Virus record (IMG/VR): IMGVR_UViG_3300046336_000146
Strand: one strand, 5' to 3'
Source: an uncultured virus (IMG/VR IMGVR_UViG_3300046336_000146)
Lineage: Duplodnaviria; Heunggongvirae; Uroviricota; Caudoviricetes
Length of the DNA stretch: 64,000 nt
The position numbers were made by a program, and so were the translations under genes. The notes beneath the pieces are model-generated. The model was not told the DNA's origin, did no database searches, and saw nothing but the letters and a program-made list of their open reading frames with translations. Shown here in pieces: positions 37,567-48,257 of the stretch (the stretch's first letter is position 1; each line of letters begins with the position of its first letter).

Positions 37567-40389
37567 TTATCTTAATTCCTCGATTCTTTTTGTTTTTAAG
37601 GTATCTAAAGCATTCAATTGCATAACAAACAGAACTGCATCGTCTTTTTGTGGCACACTTTCTTGTGAATGGAATGCAAAATCTCTTCCATCTTCTTTGT
37701 AGTCTATTCTTATTTTGAAAGCGTTTCCTGTTGAATATGGAATAGCTGTATATTTTGAGTTTAGTATCTCTTCGACTTTAGCTTTATTTTTATTGTAAAA
37801 ATCTACTCCATATTTTTGTTTTACCTTTTGAACAAGGTCCGTTACTGAAGCTAAAGGTGTGTTAGCTGGCTGACTTCTCATATTTTCTAAAACTTCTGGG
37901 GGGTATAAACCTGCATCCGATATATTTTCTACAAAAGCTTCTACTTTTTCTTGAGATGCTTTTGGTGAGGATATTGGTTCAAAAGTTATAGGGGTAAGGT
38001 CTATTTTCCCATTCTTAGGGTCTTTTAACCAATCCGCTTTTTTATCATCTATGTTTTGTAGTATAGAAGGGTCTAGTTTCCCTACTACAACAGATTGTCT
38101 AGCTTTATCATCGTCTGTGTAAGTAATCCTGTAGCTTTGTCCTTCTCTACTTACTGTGTAATCGTTTACTCCTTCTGGTACCGTAGCTCCTTCTCCTAAA
38201 GCATCTATAACCGCGGCTCTTAGTTTTTGCGCTGTAGCTTTTTGTTCTTTAACTCCTGTCGAAAAATTAAAGGCTGAAAATTCTTTAATATTAGCCTGAT
38301 ATTCAGAAGCTGTTTTTTGTATTACGGCTTGTACATTTGTATCTAAATTGCTGAATACTGTTTGTATATCTTTAGACACTTTACCATCTTTCATCCTTAA
38401 ATCATAAGGTTCTAACTCTGTTAAGTTTGTATCTTCGGAGAACATAAAATCTCTCCAACCTCTGTCTAGTTTCTTTTGCTCTTTATCGTATAATTTTTTA
38501 TGTTCTGTAATATCTTGGTTTGTTGCTTCTTCAAACTCTTGTCTTGCGTAGTCACTACCATATACCGCAGTGTTTTTTAATCTTCTTACTCCCTCATAAA
38601 CGACGTCTATCATGTTATTTTTAATCGCGCTTCCAAGTTGCTTAACCGCTGGGGTCCAAAAAGCAGCCTCTTCATCATCTGCTGTTGTTTTTATAGTTTC
38701 TAATGTATCTCTAGCTACATCTGATTTTATTTTTGATAGTGCGGCTTTATTTTTTACAACTACAGCACCATACATTGATTTTACATCTTTGTTACTTGGT
38801 GGGGCATATTGAAGTTTGTTAGCTGTCCACTCTGCTATAAGTCCTAATTTTTCTGAGTTGTGTAATGATTCAAATGATACTCCCTTATTCTGTTGCAAAA
38901 GTTTTGCAGTTAGGGGCATGGTGTTTTTTAAGTTCTCTAAGTTAGCACTTCCCCCTATCATACTATTGTAAGAATCTTTAACCGCTTTACTTAACTGTAC
39001 TTCAGTTCCGTTTGCAAGCTCATGGTATGCCTTTTGTGCACTTTTAAACTCGTTAGCTAGAACTACAGCTGTACTTTTGTTACCTTTTACTGTTAAATCT
39101 TTTGGATTGTAATTTAATTTATATTGCCACTTTTCATTAGCATTCATGTCATCATAACCGTCTACATTTTGAGAAAGGTACAAGTCTAGTGCTGAAGCTG
39201 CTTGTGTAGTTCTTCTCTGTACATTTTCTACGTCAGTGGAATTATCTTGCTCATCAGGAGTTTCTTTTGTTACTATATCTCCTCCCGCAACTTGTTGAGA
39301 AATTTTATTCGCTTCTTGTTTTAGTCTATTTGCCTCTTTCGCTATAGCTAATTTTTCAAGCTCGATATTAGTATTCACCCCAAATTTATACACTTCAAAC
39401 TTTAAATTATCTTTATCTCTTTTTGTAATAATATTTTTATCATAGAGAGATGCCATATTACTTACAAACTTACCTGTTTCGTATTGATATAAATCTGATT
39501 TTGTGAAGTCTTTTTTAGAGTTTAGCGCGTCAAATTGTTCTGCCTTTAGCCTTAACATCTCTTTTGCCGTCTTGTTTCCTGTATCTGCTTTAGCTTTTAA
39601 TTCGGCCATCTCTAGTTTTATACTAGAAGCTTCTCTTTTATAAACTGGGTCAAGGATTTTACCAACATCTTCTTGTTTAGTATCTTTGTATTTATACCAA
39701 GCGTTTATGTTCAACTGTTCTTGTTCACTTGGTGTAGTTGTTGTAACTATGAAATTCTCTAAATCTTGTTTTAAAATCCTTTTTCCAAAAAGGTCTATAG
39801 TTTGAAATTGTGTCTCTTGACTACCTAGATACTGTTCGTCATCATATTGATCCACATAATCTTTAAGTCTTTTTGTTACATTTCCTTGTACATCCTCATA
39901 GGGTTTGTAGGACATGCTCCCTACCTTTTTGGTTTTCCCTTGTATGTAGTCTTGATATCCTCCTTGAGATAAAGCGAATTCATAATTGGCCACACTTGCC
40001 TTAGAGTGGTCTTTCTCTTTAACTTTCTGAAACTCTGCGTCCAAGGCATCTTTATTGTGCTTACTCACTAATATGTTTTGAACAATAGGGTCTTTCAATA
40101 CATTTTTTAAGTTATTTAGAACTGTATCTCTTCCCGTACTGTGTGCTAAGTTTAAACCTCCTAAACTGTTTATTTGGTTTTTTATGTTTGATACTTGTGA
40201 AGCTATATAAGCATCATCAATTTCTGTTAAACCTTTTAAAGACTCATACTGAGCTAAAGTTTGGTCTACAAGTGCTTTATTTGCGTCGTACCTTTGTTGT
40301 AAGTTGTCTGCTACATTTGAACCAAATGTAATTACATCCATCATATTAGTAGGCTGTACAACGGGAGTCGGTCTTGATAAGTAATTCAT
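37567..40389 (-). CDS. internal virion (cargo) protein, about 940 aa
   Basis: likely start ATG40389 (MNYLSRP); the ORF-track TTG40434 lies inside the promoter; helical and Cys-free. Confidence 0.7.
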   Translation of the reverse strand: MNYLSRPTPVVQPTNMMDVITFGSNVADNLQQRYDANKALVDQTLAQYESLKGLTEIDDAYIASQVSNIKNQINSLGGLNLAHSTGRDTVLNNLKNVLKDPIVQNILVSKHNKDALDAEFQKVKEKDHSKASVANYEFALSQGGYQDYIQGKTKKVGSMSYKPYEDVQGNVTKRLKDYVDQYDDEQYLGSQETQFQTIDLFGKRILKQDLENFIVTTTTPSEQEQLNINAWYKYKDTKQEDVGKILDPVYKREASSIKLEMAELKAKADTGNKTAKEMLRLKAEQFDALNSKKDFTKSDLYQYETGKFVSNMASLYDKNIITKRDKDNLKFEVYKFGVNTNIELEKLAIAKEANRLKQEANKISQQVAGGDIVTKETPDEQDNSTDVENVQRRTTQAASALDLYLSQNVDGYDDMNANEKWQYKLNYNPKDLTVKGNKSTAVVLANEFKSAQKAYHELANGTEVQLSKAVKDSYNSMIGGSANLENLKNTMPLTAKLLQQNKGVSFESLHNSEKLGLIAEWTANKLQYAPPSNKDVKSMYGAVVVKNKAALSKIKSDVARDTLETIKTTADDEEAAFWTPAVKQLGSAIKNNMIDVVYEGVRRLKNTAVYGSDYARQEFEEATNQDITEHKKLYDKEQKKLDRGWRDFMFSEDTNLTELEPYDLRMKDGKVSKDIQTVFSNLDTNVQAVIQKTASEYQANIKEFSAFNFSTGVKEQKATAQKLRAAVIDALGEGATVPEGVNDYTVSREGQSYRITYTDDDKARQSVVVGKLDPSILQNIDDKKADWLKDPKNGKIDLTPITFEPISSPKASQEKVEAFVENISDAGLYPPEVLENMRSQPANTPLASVTDLVQKVKQKYGVDFYNKNKAKVEEILNSKYTAIPYSTGNAFKIRIDYKEDGRDFAFHSQESVPQKDDAVLFVMQLNALDTLKTKRIEELR

Positions 40390-40400
40390 AGTTATTATTA

Positions 40401-40493
40401 AAAAAGCCTCTTGGAGGGTTAGTCTAAGAGGCAAAATTAGTTAATTTTTATTTATTGTGCAAAAAGTGTATATTGGGTGTAAGTGTTGGTTTT
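40401..40493. repeat. 93-bp perfect direct repeat, copy 1 (terminator plus promoter cassette)
   Basis: identical to 56681-56773; contains the GCCTCTT/AAGAGGC hairpin with T run and TTTG-N20-TAATTTTG on the - strand. Confidence 0.95.
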
Positions 40494-40498
40494 TAAAG

Positions 40499-41398
40499 CT
40501 ATTGCACTATCCAAGTTGTACCATTATGAAATACTTGCACAACTGCAGAACCACCGCCTACAACAGGAGCTAAAAAAGTTGGTGTTAATGCATTATTTAC
40601 AAAAGCCACATCGCCTTTTGTACCCACTGGAAGCGTGGCGACGGTGTATTCTTTTAGTTTTATATCATCTAAAGTAGCTAAAATGTAAGTTCCTGATGCG
40701 CTCTTGGAAGGTATTTTTATATTAACCAGTGCTCCTCCAACTTGCGGTTCATCGAATAAAAGCTCAGTGATTCCATTAGTTGTTGAGTTTTGAAAAACAA
40801 ATCTCCCGTCTTGAATTTCTATAGTTTGTTGCGTTCCTTCTTGACTGTGGCTTAAAAATAACCCATTCAAACCCGTAATAAGTGAAGTCGATATTCCTGC
40901 GTTAGATGAGCCAATTTCAAACGAAAGGGGATCTGTATTTGAGTCAAAAACTCGAATAAATTGATTTCCGTTATTAAAATCAGCACTCCCCCCATTATCT
41001 AAAACACTTTGTAAATTTTGATTACCACCTCCTCCTTCAGATAAAACTGTAATATCTAACTCTTCCTCCGTCTCTTGTATAGAGACAGAATCATCAGATG
41101 AAACTAGTGTTCTTAATTTTCTATTACCTAGAAGAGTGTTTCCTGCATAGATTTTTGCTCCTGTGCCGACATTAGAGATGTTCAACTGTTGTTTTATATC
41201 ATCTATGATTACTTTAAAAAATTGAACAATGCTATTTAAAGCTGCCGTTAATATAGTATTTTTAGGTACAACAGTAGTGGCATCATACTTTATATCATTC
41301 CTATCATAAACAACATTATCTGTGGATATGTTTTTTGTGGTTGTTTTACAACACCTTTTAGTTACTTGTTCTGTTTCTGTTACAAATCTTATTGACAT
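40499..41398 (-). CDS. short tail fibre / receptor-binding protein, paralogue of 57242..58900
   Basis: shares KYDATTVVPKNT.LT.AL..I and KIY.GNTLLG..KLR.L.SSD.SV.I.ET..E.DITV; C-terminal YTVATLP...G...F..G..W fibre tip. Confidence 0.7.
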   Translation of the reverse strand: MSIRFVTETEQVTKRCCKTTTKNISTDNVVYDRNDIKYDATTVVPKNTILTAALNSIVQFFKVIIDDIKQQLNISNVGTGAKIYAGNTLLGNRKLRTLVSSDDSVSIQETEEELDITVLSEGGGGNQNLQSVLDNGGSADFNNGNQFIRVFDSNTDPLSFEIGSSNAGISTSLITGLNGLFLSHSQEGTQQTIEIQDGRFVFQNSTTNGITELLFDEPQVGGALVNIKIPSKSASGTYILATLDDIKLKEYTVATLPVGTKGDVAFVNNALTPTFLAPVVGGGSAVVQVFHNGTTWIVQ

Positions 41399-41410
41399 TG
41401 TGTGTTCTTT

Positions 41411-44029
41411 TTATGTTGGTGTATATCCTAACTTTTTGTATATCTCATACGCTTGTTTCTTTTTCGCAAGTTCTTCCGCTGCAGTTAAGTCACGACTTAC
41501 AGGTTTAGGCTTTATCTCATAAGGTTTATTATTTAAAAACTCTATTCCATAAGGAGTTACAGCGAATTGGTCATTCTTGGCGTTTGCATAATTCATAGCT
41601 AAGGCTTCTTTCTTTTGTTGTTCACCAAATTGATAGTTAGTCAATGCTCTATTAAAAATATCTGCTTCTTTATTAGCTTTTGCGCCAAGAATTTTTTGTA
41701 AGTAGGCATCTCTGTATTGGTTATTTAATATATCAGCTCTGTTTAAAGCTTCTGTGTTTGACACATCTGTTTTATACCTATTTTCTGCGTTAAACATTTG
41801 AGTTTTAGATATAGCATCATTAGCCCCGTACTGACTTGAAGCTGCGTCTGAAGCTGTTAATGCAGCAATTGCTTGAGGAGACATTCCTGTTTGGCCCAAT
41901 TGTGCATTTCTTGTCATTATCTGTCTAGCCTGGTTTTGTAAGAAAGGTTCTATACCTGCTTCTAAAGGCTCGTTCAATCTTGGACTAAACTCATTTTTAG
42001 TTATTGGGTCTAATGCAAAGTTAGGAGCTAGAAAAGGATTCTTTTGATATAAATAATTTTTTACATTTGTTCTAGGAGCTACACCTTCTTCAAGAGGCAT
42101 TTCAACAGATGCAGTTGGGATATCTTCTTGTTTAGCATTTTCGGAATTAATCATAGATCTAGTAGAAGTAAATCCTCCAAAAAGTCCATCTAGTTTTTGT
42201 AAGCCTTCTTTTGAAAATCCAGCTTTTTTAATAATATCGTCTGCCTCTTGTTCACTTAGTCCTGCTTTTAGTATACGACTTTTTAGCTCAGGATTGTAAG
42301 CTCTTTGAAATGCCTCTACTTCTGGTTGTAAACCTTTTTTACCTACAGCTTCTTTAAACTTGGCTATTTTTTCAGGAGAGTTGAAATACCAGTCATGGGT
42401 GTTCATAAACTTGTTTACATCCGCTACACTTTTACCGTAACCTTTTCCTTCTGTAAAACTTTGCCACTCTTCTATGTCTTTAAGTTCGTCGGCATCCAAA
42501 ACAGATTTTTCAGTTACTTTTGAAGTTTTTGATTTAGGGTTTATTCTAGTAGGTACTCTGTAAGTGTTTTGTTGCGCATATTGAGGATTTTCTTCTTGAA
42601 TACCTTCTCCTTCTCCTTGTCCTCCCATTAATTGGGCCACTATTTGTTCTACCGCCTCTATTGGTATTTGTAAAGCTTCTGATATCTGCTCAGGTGTGAC
42701 CTCTTCTTGTAACATTTGAGCGACAGCTTGCATCACTTGTTCCATTTGACCTTCTTGAGATTCTTCTTGAGGTTGCTCTTGACCGCCTTGTTGCATAGCT
42801 ATTAGCTCTTGAGCTCTTTCTAAAGATAGTCCGTGTTTTCTTGCCAGTTCTTCTATTCTGTTTATACCTTGTTGTGCGGTATTTGCTACCTGTGTAACTT
42901 TCTTTCCGTTGTCATCAAAAAGGTCCCCTGGATTACCTATCTTAGGTTTTCTCTCTTGTATGTTATTATATACAAACTCTGCTCTTTCCTTCTTCTCTAC
43001 TTCTAGAGTTGATATTTTATCTTGAGTAGAGGCTATGTTTTTTTGAATGTTTAGTTTTGATAATTCCGCTGTAACTCTATCTTTTATGGACGCTGTTTCT
43101 TTTAGTTTATTTTCTAAGTCGGCTAATTGTTTCTCTTCTTTTTTAGTAGATAGCGGTTTTATTATCTCTTTTACTAACTCAGCATGTGTTTTACCTTTTA
43201 CAGCTATTCCATAAGTATCTTTTATTAAGGTTTTATCTTCAGGCGTAACTCTTTGAGTGGGCATTTTTGAATCTGTTACTATTTTAGCTCCTTGCTCTGC
43301 ATAAATTGGAGAACCTGGCATTATCTTACCTCTTTCTACGTGCTCCGTTCCGTGGTTAATTTCTTTTAAGTTACCGTTTACTGGAATAACTAATTCTCCT
43401 TTTTCTGCAATAACATTAGGATTTGCACTCATAGGTTGGTCCTCTAAGCCTCCTTGTTGTGCATATTGATAGTTAGGAGTACGTTCAAAAAGTTTTTTCA
43501 TGCTACTTCCCATTACTCTCTTATCTTCTTTTCCTGTAGCATAAGAACTTATCCCTTCTCTTAATCCACCAAGAACGCCTGCCCCTAAATTCAAAAATCC
43601 GCCTGCTTTATCCCCTGCGCCAAAACTGTATAAAGCTTGATTAATGTTGGCCATAGGATTTCCAAACTCTGAAGTTGTTATATTAACTCTAGTTGTATCG
43701 TGGTATTTTTTTTCTTGCCCTGTTTGGGGTATTGTTGCGTTTATATCTTGTCTCCTAAGCTGTTCTCCATAAGGGGTTAGCATAGCTCCCGCCATACTTT
43801 CGTATCTTGCTGGATTATTATTCACAGGTAAATTTATTTCCTCATTTGTATAGTCATACATTGGAGGTTTTGGAAAGTTTGGTATAACATAAGGCTTCAA
43901 TTGCTCTTGTTCAGGAGTCATAGCCATATACTCTTTATTGTAGTTAATAGCTTGTTGAGCATATTGAGACCCATTTGAAAAAACTTTTTCAAAAACTTCT
44001 TTTGGGATAGATATTCTTTTAGTCTTCAT
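41411..44029 (-). CDS. internal virion (cargo) protein with repeated AQQG motifs, 872 aa
   Basis: Q/E-rich, six YAQQ/MQQG-type motifs, AEKGE...H..G pattern seen in crAss-like cargo proteins. Confidence 0.7.
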   Translation of the reverse strand: MKTKRISIPKEVFEKVFSNGSQYAQQAINYNKEYMAMTPEQEQLKPYVIPNFPKPPMYDYTNEEINLPVNNNPARYESMAGAMLTPYGEQLRRQDINATIPQTGQEKKYHDTTRVNITTSEFGNPMANINQALYSFGAGDKAGGFLNLGAGVLGGLREGISSYATGKEDKRVMGSSMKKLFERTPNYQYAQQGGLEDQPMSANPNVIAEKGELVIPVNGNLKEINHGTEHVERGKIMPGSPIYAEQGAKIVTDSKMPTQRVTPEDKTLIKDTYGIAVKGKTHAELVKEIIKPLSTKKEEKQLADLENKLKETASIKDRVTAELSKLNIQKNIASTQDKISTLEVEKKERAEFVYNNIQERKPKIGNPGDLFDDNGKKVTQVANTAQQGINRIEELARKHGLSLERAQELIAMQQGGQEQPQEESQEGQMEQVMQAVAQMLQEEVTPEQISEALQIPIEAVEQIVAQLMGGQGEGEGIQEENPQYAQQNTYRVPTRINPKSKTSKVTEKSVLDADELKDIEEWQSFTEGKGYGKSVADVNKFMNTHDWYFNSPEKIAKFKEAVGKKGLQPEVEAFQRAYNPELKSRILKAGLSEQEADDIIKKAGFSKEGLQKLDGLFGGFTSTRSMINSENAKQEDIPTASVEMPLEEGVAPRTNVKNYLYQKNPFLAPNFALDPITKNEFSPRLNEPLEAGIEPFLQNQARQIMTRNAQLGQTGMSPQAIAALTASDAASSQYGANDAISKTQMFNAENRYKTDVSNTEALNRADILNNQYRDAYLQKILGAKANKEADIFNRALTNYQFGEQQKKEALAMNYANAKNDQFAVTPYGIEFLNNKPYEIKPKPVSRDLTAAEELAKKKQAYEIYKKLGYTPT

Positions 44030-45200
44030 ATTCTATATCGTAATTCCCTGTTCTAGGGTTGTATTTATAATCTACTATTCTTTTTCCTTTTAACATGTCT
44101 AAACCTCCCCCTTGTTGCATAGGAAGCCTTTTTGCTCCTTGACCTAATCTAGCAGCGCCTTGTCCAAGCTGTAAATAATTTGGCATTAATTGTAAAGGCT
44201 CTTCATAAAAGTTAAGAGGTGTCTGTTTTACATTCCTAACAGCATTTGAAGCTCTTGACATAACAGCTGTACTTTGTGGAGAAGCTAGTAACTTAGCTGC
44301 CCCAGGTATTCTAGCAAGCTCTTTTGCTGATAAGTTTTTTAGATAGGTTACATACTTTATTTTTCCTAAAGCAGGTAATGCATCAAATGCTTCAGTAACA
44401 GCTCTCTGACTATCTCCTCCTTCAGCAAAATCTACTGCATTTGCACCAGCATTTGCCCAAAAAGCAGGGTTAAGTACTCCTAAAGCTCTATCTATTCCCA
44501 TTTTTTGATTTTTTGAAAATCCTGCTGCAGGTAATTCAGAGTATTTTGCATAATGGCCAAAAGATTGAAATGGGTTTCCAAGTATTTCCCCCACTCTTTC
44601 TACATCACTGACTTCTTGTTTTTGCTTTATGTCTCCCGTTGTTCCGTATTCTCTTTTACCAAATATTTTTTCAAGTTGGTCTTTTGTAAGAGATTTCTTT
44701 TTCGGTTGTTTTATTATAACCTCTTTTAATTGTCCTCCATTATATGTAATCTCTTCCTCTTTTTTAGAAGGAGTTTGAACTGAACGTGATTGAATAGGTT
44801 CCTTTCTTAACTTGTTTGCATCAAAAGTGTTACTTGTAATTTCTTGTAACAGCTTCATGTTATCTTTAGCGCTTCCATCAGTGTATCCTAGTCTTTTAGC
44901 GTCTTTCCAAGGCAATCCTGTTTTTTCTTGCCATATTTGCCATACTTCTTTTTGAGGCTCATATTCTAATTGGTCCACAGTGTCATCTTCAGTTATCTCT
45001 GAATAGTCTGATTGATTTGGTACAATTTCTGTTACATATCCGTTCTCTTTTAGTTCATCTGGGTACATAGGGTACTCTGCTTGTTGAGCATAAGATGCTT
45101 TATTTAATTGTCCGTAAGCTATTGCTGAAGCTTGTGAACGAGAGTATCCTTCTTGTATTAGCTTCTTAATTTTTTCTGATAAAAATTGGTTCTTATCCAT
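44019..45200 (-). CDS. internal virion protein, 393 aa
   Basis: YAQQA and MQQGG motifs, amphipathic/hydrophobic C-terminal half. Confidence 0.65.
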   Translation of the reverse strand: MDKNQFLSEKIKKLIQEGYSRSQASAIAYGQLNKASYAQQAEYPMYPDELKENGYVTEIVPNQSDYSEITEDDTVDQLEYEPQKEVWQIWQEKTGLPWKDAKRLGYTDGSAKDNMKLLQEITSNTFDANKLRKEPIQSRSVQTPSKKEEEITYNGGQLKEVIIKQPKKKSLTKDQLEKIFGKREYGTTGDIKQKQEVSDVERVGEILGNPFQSFGHYAKYSELPAAGFSKNQKMGIDRALGVLNPAFWANAGANAVDFAEGGDSQRAVTEAFDALPALGKIKYVTYLKNLSAKELARIPGAAKLLASPQSTAVMSRASNAVRNVKQTPLNFYEEPLQLMPNYLQLGQGAARLGQGAKRLPMQQGGGLDMLKGKRIVDYKYNPRTGNYDIEYED

Positions 45201-45204
45201 TTAA

Positions 45205-47337
45205 TTATAGTTTTGAATTTTTATTTTTTAAAGGAGTTTCTATTACTCTCTTCGCACCTTTGAAAAAGTAATCTTTACCTGGTAACATAAGTTTCTTTTC
45301 ACCTGTCTCAGGAGAATATCCGTGTAAAGGTTGATTCACTCCTTGCATAGTAATATTTGGGCCACTTATTTCTACTATCTTGCCCCAATTTTTAGGGTTC
45401 CAATATCCATTATTATCTTTTACTACGTTACCTTGTTGTAATTCAGATAAAAAGGCTTGCTCGTTATCTGTGTAATTACCTCCTCCTTGTTGAAAATTTA
45501 CAGGTAGTCCTTTACTCATGTCTATTAATTTTTCAGCAGTGGTTTGATTATGTATATTGTTTTTAAATTCACTTTCAAAAGGGTTCCATTCTTTTTTATA
45601 CCTTTCAACCGCTTTATTTATTTCATCATTTTTTGATATGACATTATCTCTTAAGTCTAATACATTTTTAGAATATAGTTTTGTTTTACCCATATCTAAC
45701 CCTCCTTTAGGGATAGGTACGCCATACATTTGCTTGTTTTGATTCCCTCTTTCTCCATCAGCTCCTCCTCCTACTTTTCCTGTACCATTATATTTAGTTA
45801 AACCTTCAATTTCATTTAAACCTTTTGCTTTTTCTACATAATGTCTAACTAAGTCTCCAGCTTCATCTCCGTAAGTTGCTCCCCCTAATATTTGCCCTAT
45901 ATTGTCCTCCTTATACCCACTTTCTGCTAACCCTAATGCAACCATAGTGTAAGGGTTTTGATTGTACCTTATAGCAGCTTGAATCACACTGTCTATTCTT
46001 TTTTTGTCGTATTTACCAGTAACTAAGTCTTTATTGGGGTTTATAGGTTTATTAGTAGTAGCTCTTATTTTTCTTTGGTCTTTTATGTCATACATAGAGT
46101 GTTCTTCTATCCCTTGTTGAGCATAATTATTTTTTGTAGGTTTGTATGTGTTTACTGTTGAATTTAAAGTGTTTATTAAAGCTTCTCTGTCATATCTGTC
46201 TAAATCGTAAGCTCTTAAGTCCGCTCCCTTTAAATCTTCTTCTCTTATTGTTTGGTCGGGACCGAATCCTCTGTCTTTTCTTAAAGACATAATTCTAGAG
46301 TGGACCTCTTGTGGATTATCTAAGTATGAATTATTATTAGCGCCTCTTAATTTTGAAATAGGATTATGTATATAATCTAAATATTTTTTCTTATCTTCTC
46401 CTAACAAATAGTTTTGTAACTGATGTGTGCTTTCGTGTGTAGGAATAGATTTGCCCTCTTTAAAATTAATATCGTACGTGATTTTATCATCATATGGGTC
46501 GTACTGTCCGTAAGTTTTTCCTGTTTGAGTAGTATCAGTGTTTAAGTTTTCAAAATTTAAGTTTTCTGATAATGGAACTCTGCTTTTTAATCCTAAATTA
46601 GTATTGTTTACTTTTCTATTTGCTACCCAATTATTCAGCCAATTCTCTTGTTCATTAACATAAGTTAAGTTATTACCTTGCTGCGCTGTAGGTGTTGATA
46701 AAAAATTACCTATCTTATCATATTTATCTAAAAAATTTGCTTCTGCTATATTTGATAAATCAATTTTATCTTTGTATTGAGTATTAGGTACATCTTGTGT
46801 AGTTTGAGCTTCATATTCATTTAAAAAATTTGTAGCTTCTTCTACTTCTTTAATCTTAGGGTCTACTATTTCCTCTTCAGACTCTTCTTCTTGTGTCTCA
46901 ATACTCTCTGTAAAGGTACTACTTTTAGGAATATAATCAAAAAAGTTTACATTACCTGTAACTTCTTCTTTAGGTTGTTGTGGGAAAAGTTTATTGTACT
47001 TTGCTTCCGTTTGTTTCCATAAAGCGCTGTCCTGACCTATGTGTAGAGCATTTCCCCACTTTTTATTTTCTTTTTTGGATTCATCTAGAAAACCTAATTT
47101 GTATTTATACAACAACGACACTCCTTCAGGAGACTCCAAGTAAGAAGCTAGTTTTGGATTTATGCTGAAGTCAACGGCTTCTCCGTGAGAATGTCTAGAG
47201 ACTTTTCCTTGATTTGTTTTAGCTCCAGGTCTATAGCCAGACGTTAAAACTGCATTGGGAAATTTAGCTTCTAGTTCTTGTGTGAAAGCTAGTAAGTTTT
47301 CTTGGAGTCCTTTCTTTTTATCGTGTAATGTGGCCAT
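45205..47337 (-). CDS. virion-associated multi-domain hydrolase (M15-like peptidase, zincin, lysozyme-like)
   Basis: TSGYR...SRHSHGEAVDF...LHI (M15); THESTH...QE (HExxH); AIRYNQNPY..VALGLAESG...KYNG (lytic transglycosylase-like). Confidence 0.7.
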   Translation of the reverse strand: MATLHDKKKGLQENLLAFTQELEAKFPNAVLTSGYRPGAKTNQGKVSRHSHGEAVDFSINPKLASYLESPEGVSLLYKYKLGFLDESKKENKKWGNALHIGQDSALWKQTEAKYNKLFPQQPKEEVTGNVNFFDYIPKSSTFTESIETQEEESEEEIVDPKIKEVEEATNFLNEYEAQTTQDVPNTQYKDKIDLSNIAEANFLDKYDKIGNFLSTPTAQQGNNLTYVNEQENWLNNWVANRKVNNTNLGLKSRVPLSENLNFENLNTDTTQTGKTYGQYDPYDDKITYDINFKEGKSIPTHESTHQLQNYLLGEDKKKYLDYIHNPISKLRGANNNSYLDNPQEVHSRIMSLRKDRGFGPDQTIREEDLKGADLRAYDLDRYDREALINTLNSTVNTYKPTKNNYAQQGIEEHSMYDIKDQRKIRATTNKPINPNKDLVTGKYDKKRIDSVIQAAIRYNQNPYTMVALGLAESGYKEDNIGQILGGATYGDEAGDLVRHYVEKAKGLNEIEGLTKYNGTGKVGGGADGERGNQNKQMYGVPIPKGGLDMGKTKLYSKNVLDLRDNVISKNDEINKAVERYKKEWNPFESEFKNNIHNQTTAEKLIDMSKGLPVNFQQGGGNYTDNEQAFLSELQQGNVVKDNNGYWNPKNWGKIVEISGPNITMQGVNQPLHGYSPETGEKKLMLPGKDYFFKGAKRVIETPLKNKNSKL

Positions 47338-48245
47338 TATTCGTATAGCGTTTCGTTATTGATTGTATTTTTTATACTTATGTTAAAAGAGCTGTCTTTT
47401 GCATTTGAAAGATGTAAGATAAAAAATTCTCCTCTCATTCTTTCTAAAACTTTTTTACCTGTGAATTTTACTGCTCTAGAGTTTATTGTTTTAAATATAT
47501 TATTCTCATCCCTTAAAAACATAGGTATATTGTTATCTTGATTGATGACTCTATTGTAAAAGTAATTTATATTTTGTTTGCCATCTATGTTTGCAGAAAG
47601 TATGTGTTGTTTGTCTCCTTCTGTTTTTGGATATTTACTAGCTTCAGTTAATGTTTTTTGCGGGTGGATTACTAAATTACCTGTATTGTTTGTATTATTA
47701 TAAATGTACATATTTGTCACTCCTATATCTTTTACTAAAGTAGAATCCCAATGATTGCTATATTTTTTAGATTCTATGTTAATTGATATGGCATTCAGCA
47801 TTTTATTTGCATTTTCATTTGTAATTGGAAATTCTACAAACCAAGGATTATAATCTCCTTGAAACACACAGAAGCTGTCATTACTAAATGTGTGATTCCA
47901 TAATGTTTCTTTACTTTTACCCCAATTGTATCCTGACTGAAAATACTCTTGATGGAAAGGGGTATAGTCAGGATAGAAAGTAAAATAACTATTCCAAGCA
48001 CCTTCTGTTGGTTTATAAGATATGGTCCAAGATATTTCTTTGAAAAACTCTTTATTGTCGAAATATATTGAAGTTTCTATTTTTTCTATAGTAGGTGGTA
48101 CACTATCGGTACAATCGCACACTGCATTTCCTCCAGGTAGTACCCTTAAGATACACCCAGGAGGACATTCAATATTAGATATTATTATGTTTTTTATACA
48201 GTTATTTCCTTGAGGAGTGTAACCTTCTGGACAAAGACATGCCAT
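47337..48245 (-). CDS. C-terminal part of crAss-like tail muzzle/stabilisation protein
   Basis: CPEGY repeat, then WTISY....W.SYFTFYPD...LWNH...MRG pattern typical of muzzle C-termini. Confidence 0.65.
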   Translation of the reverse strand: MACLCPEGYTPQGNNCIKNIIISNIECPPGCILRVLPGGNAVCDCTDSVPPTIEKIETSIYFDNKEFFKEISWTISYKPTEGAWNSYFTFYPDYTPFHQEYFQSGYNWGKSKETLWNHTFSNDSFCVFQGDYNPWFVEFPITNENANKMLNAISINIESKKYSNHWDSTLVKDIGVTNMYIYNNTNNTGNLVIHPQKTLTEASKYPKTEGDKQHILSANIDGKQNINYFYNRVINQDNNIPMFLRDENNIFKTINSRAVKFTGKKVLERMRGEFFILHLSNAKDSSFNISIKNTINNETLYE

Positions 48246-48257
48246 TATTTTTTATTT

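Noticed and set aside
40390..40434. ORF-track N-terminal extension MPLRLTLQEAFLIIT of the 955-aa ORF
   Set aside because: Lies in the repeated promoter/terminator cassette; ATG40389 with an A-rich leader is more plausible.
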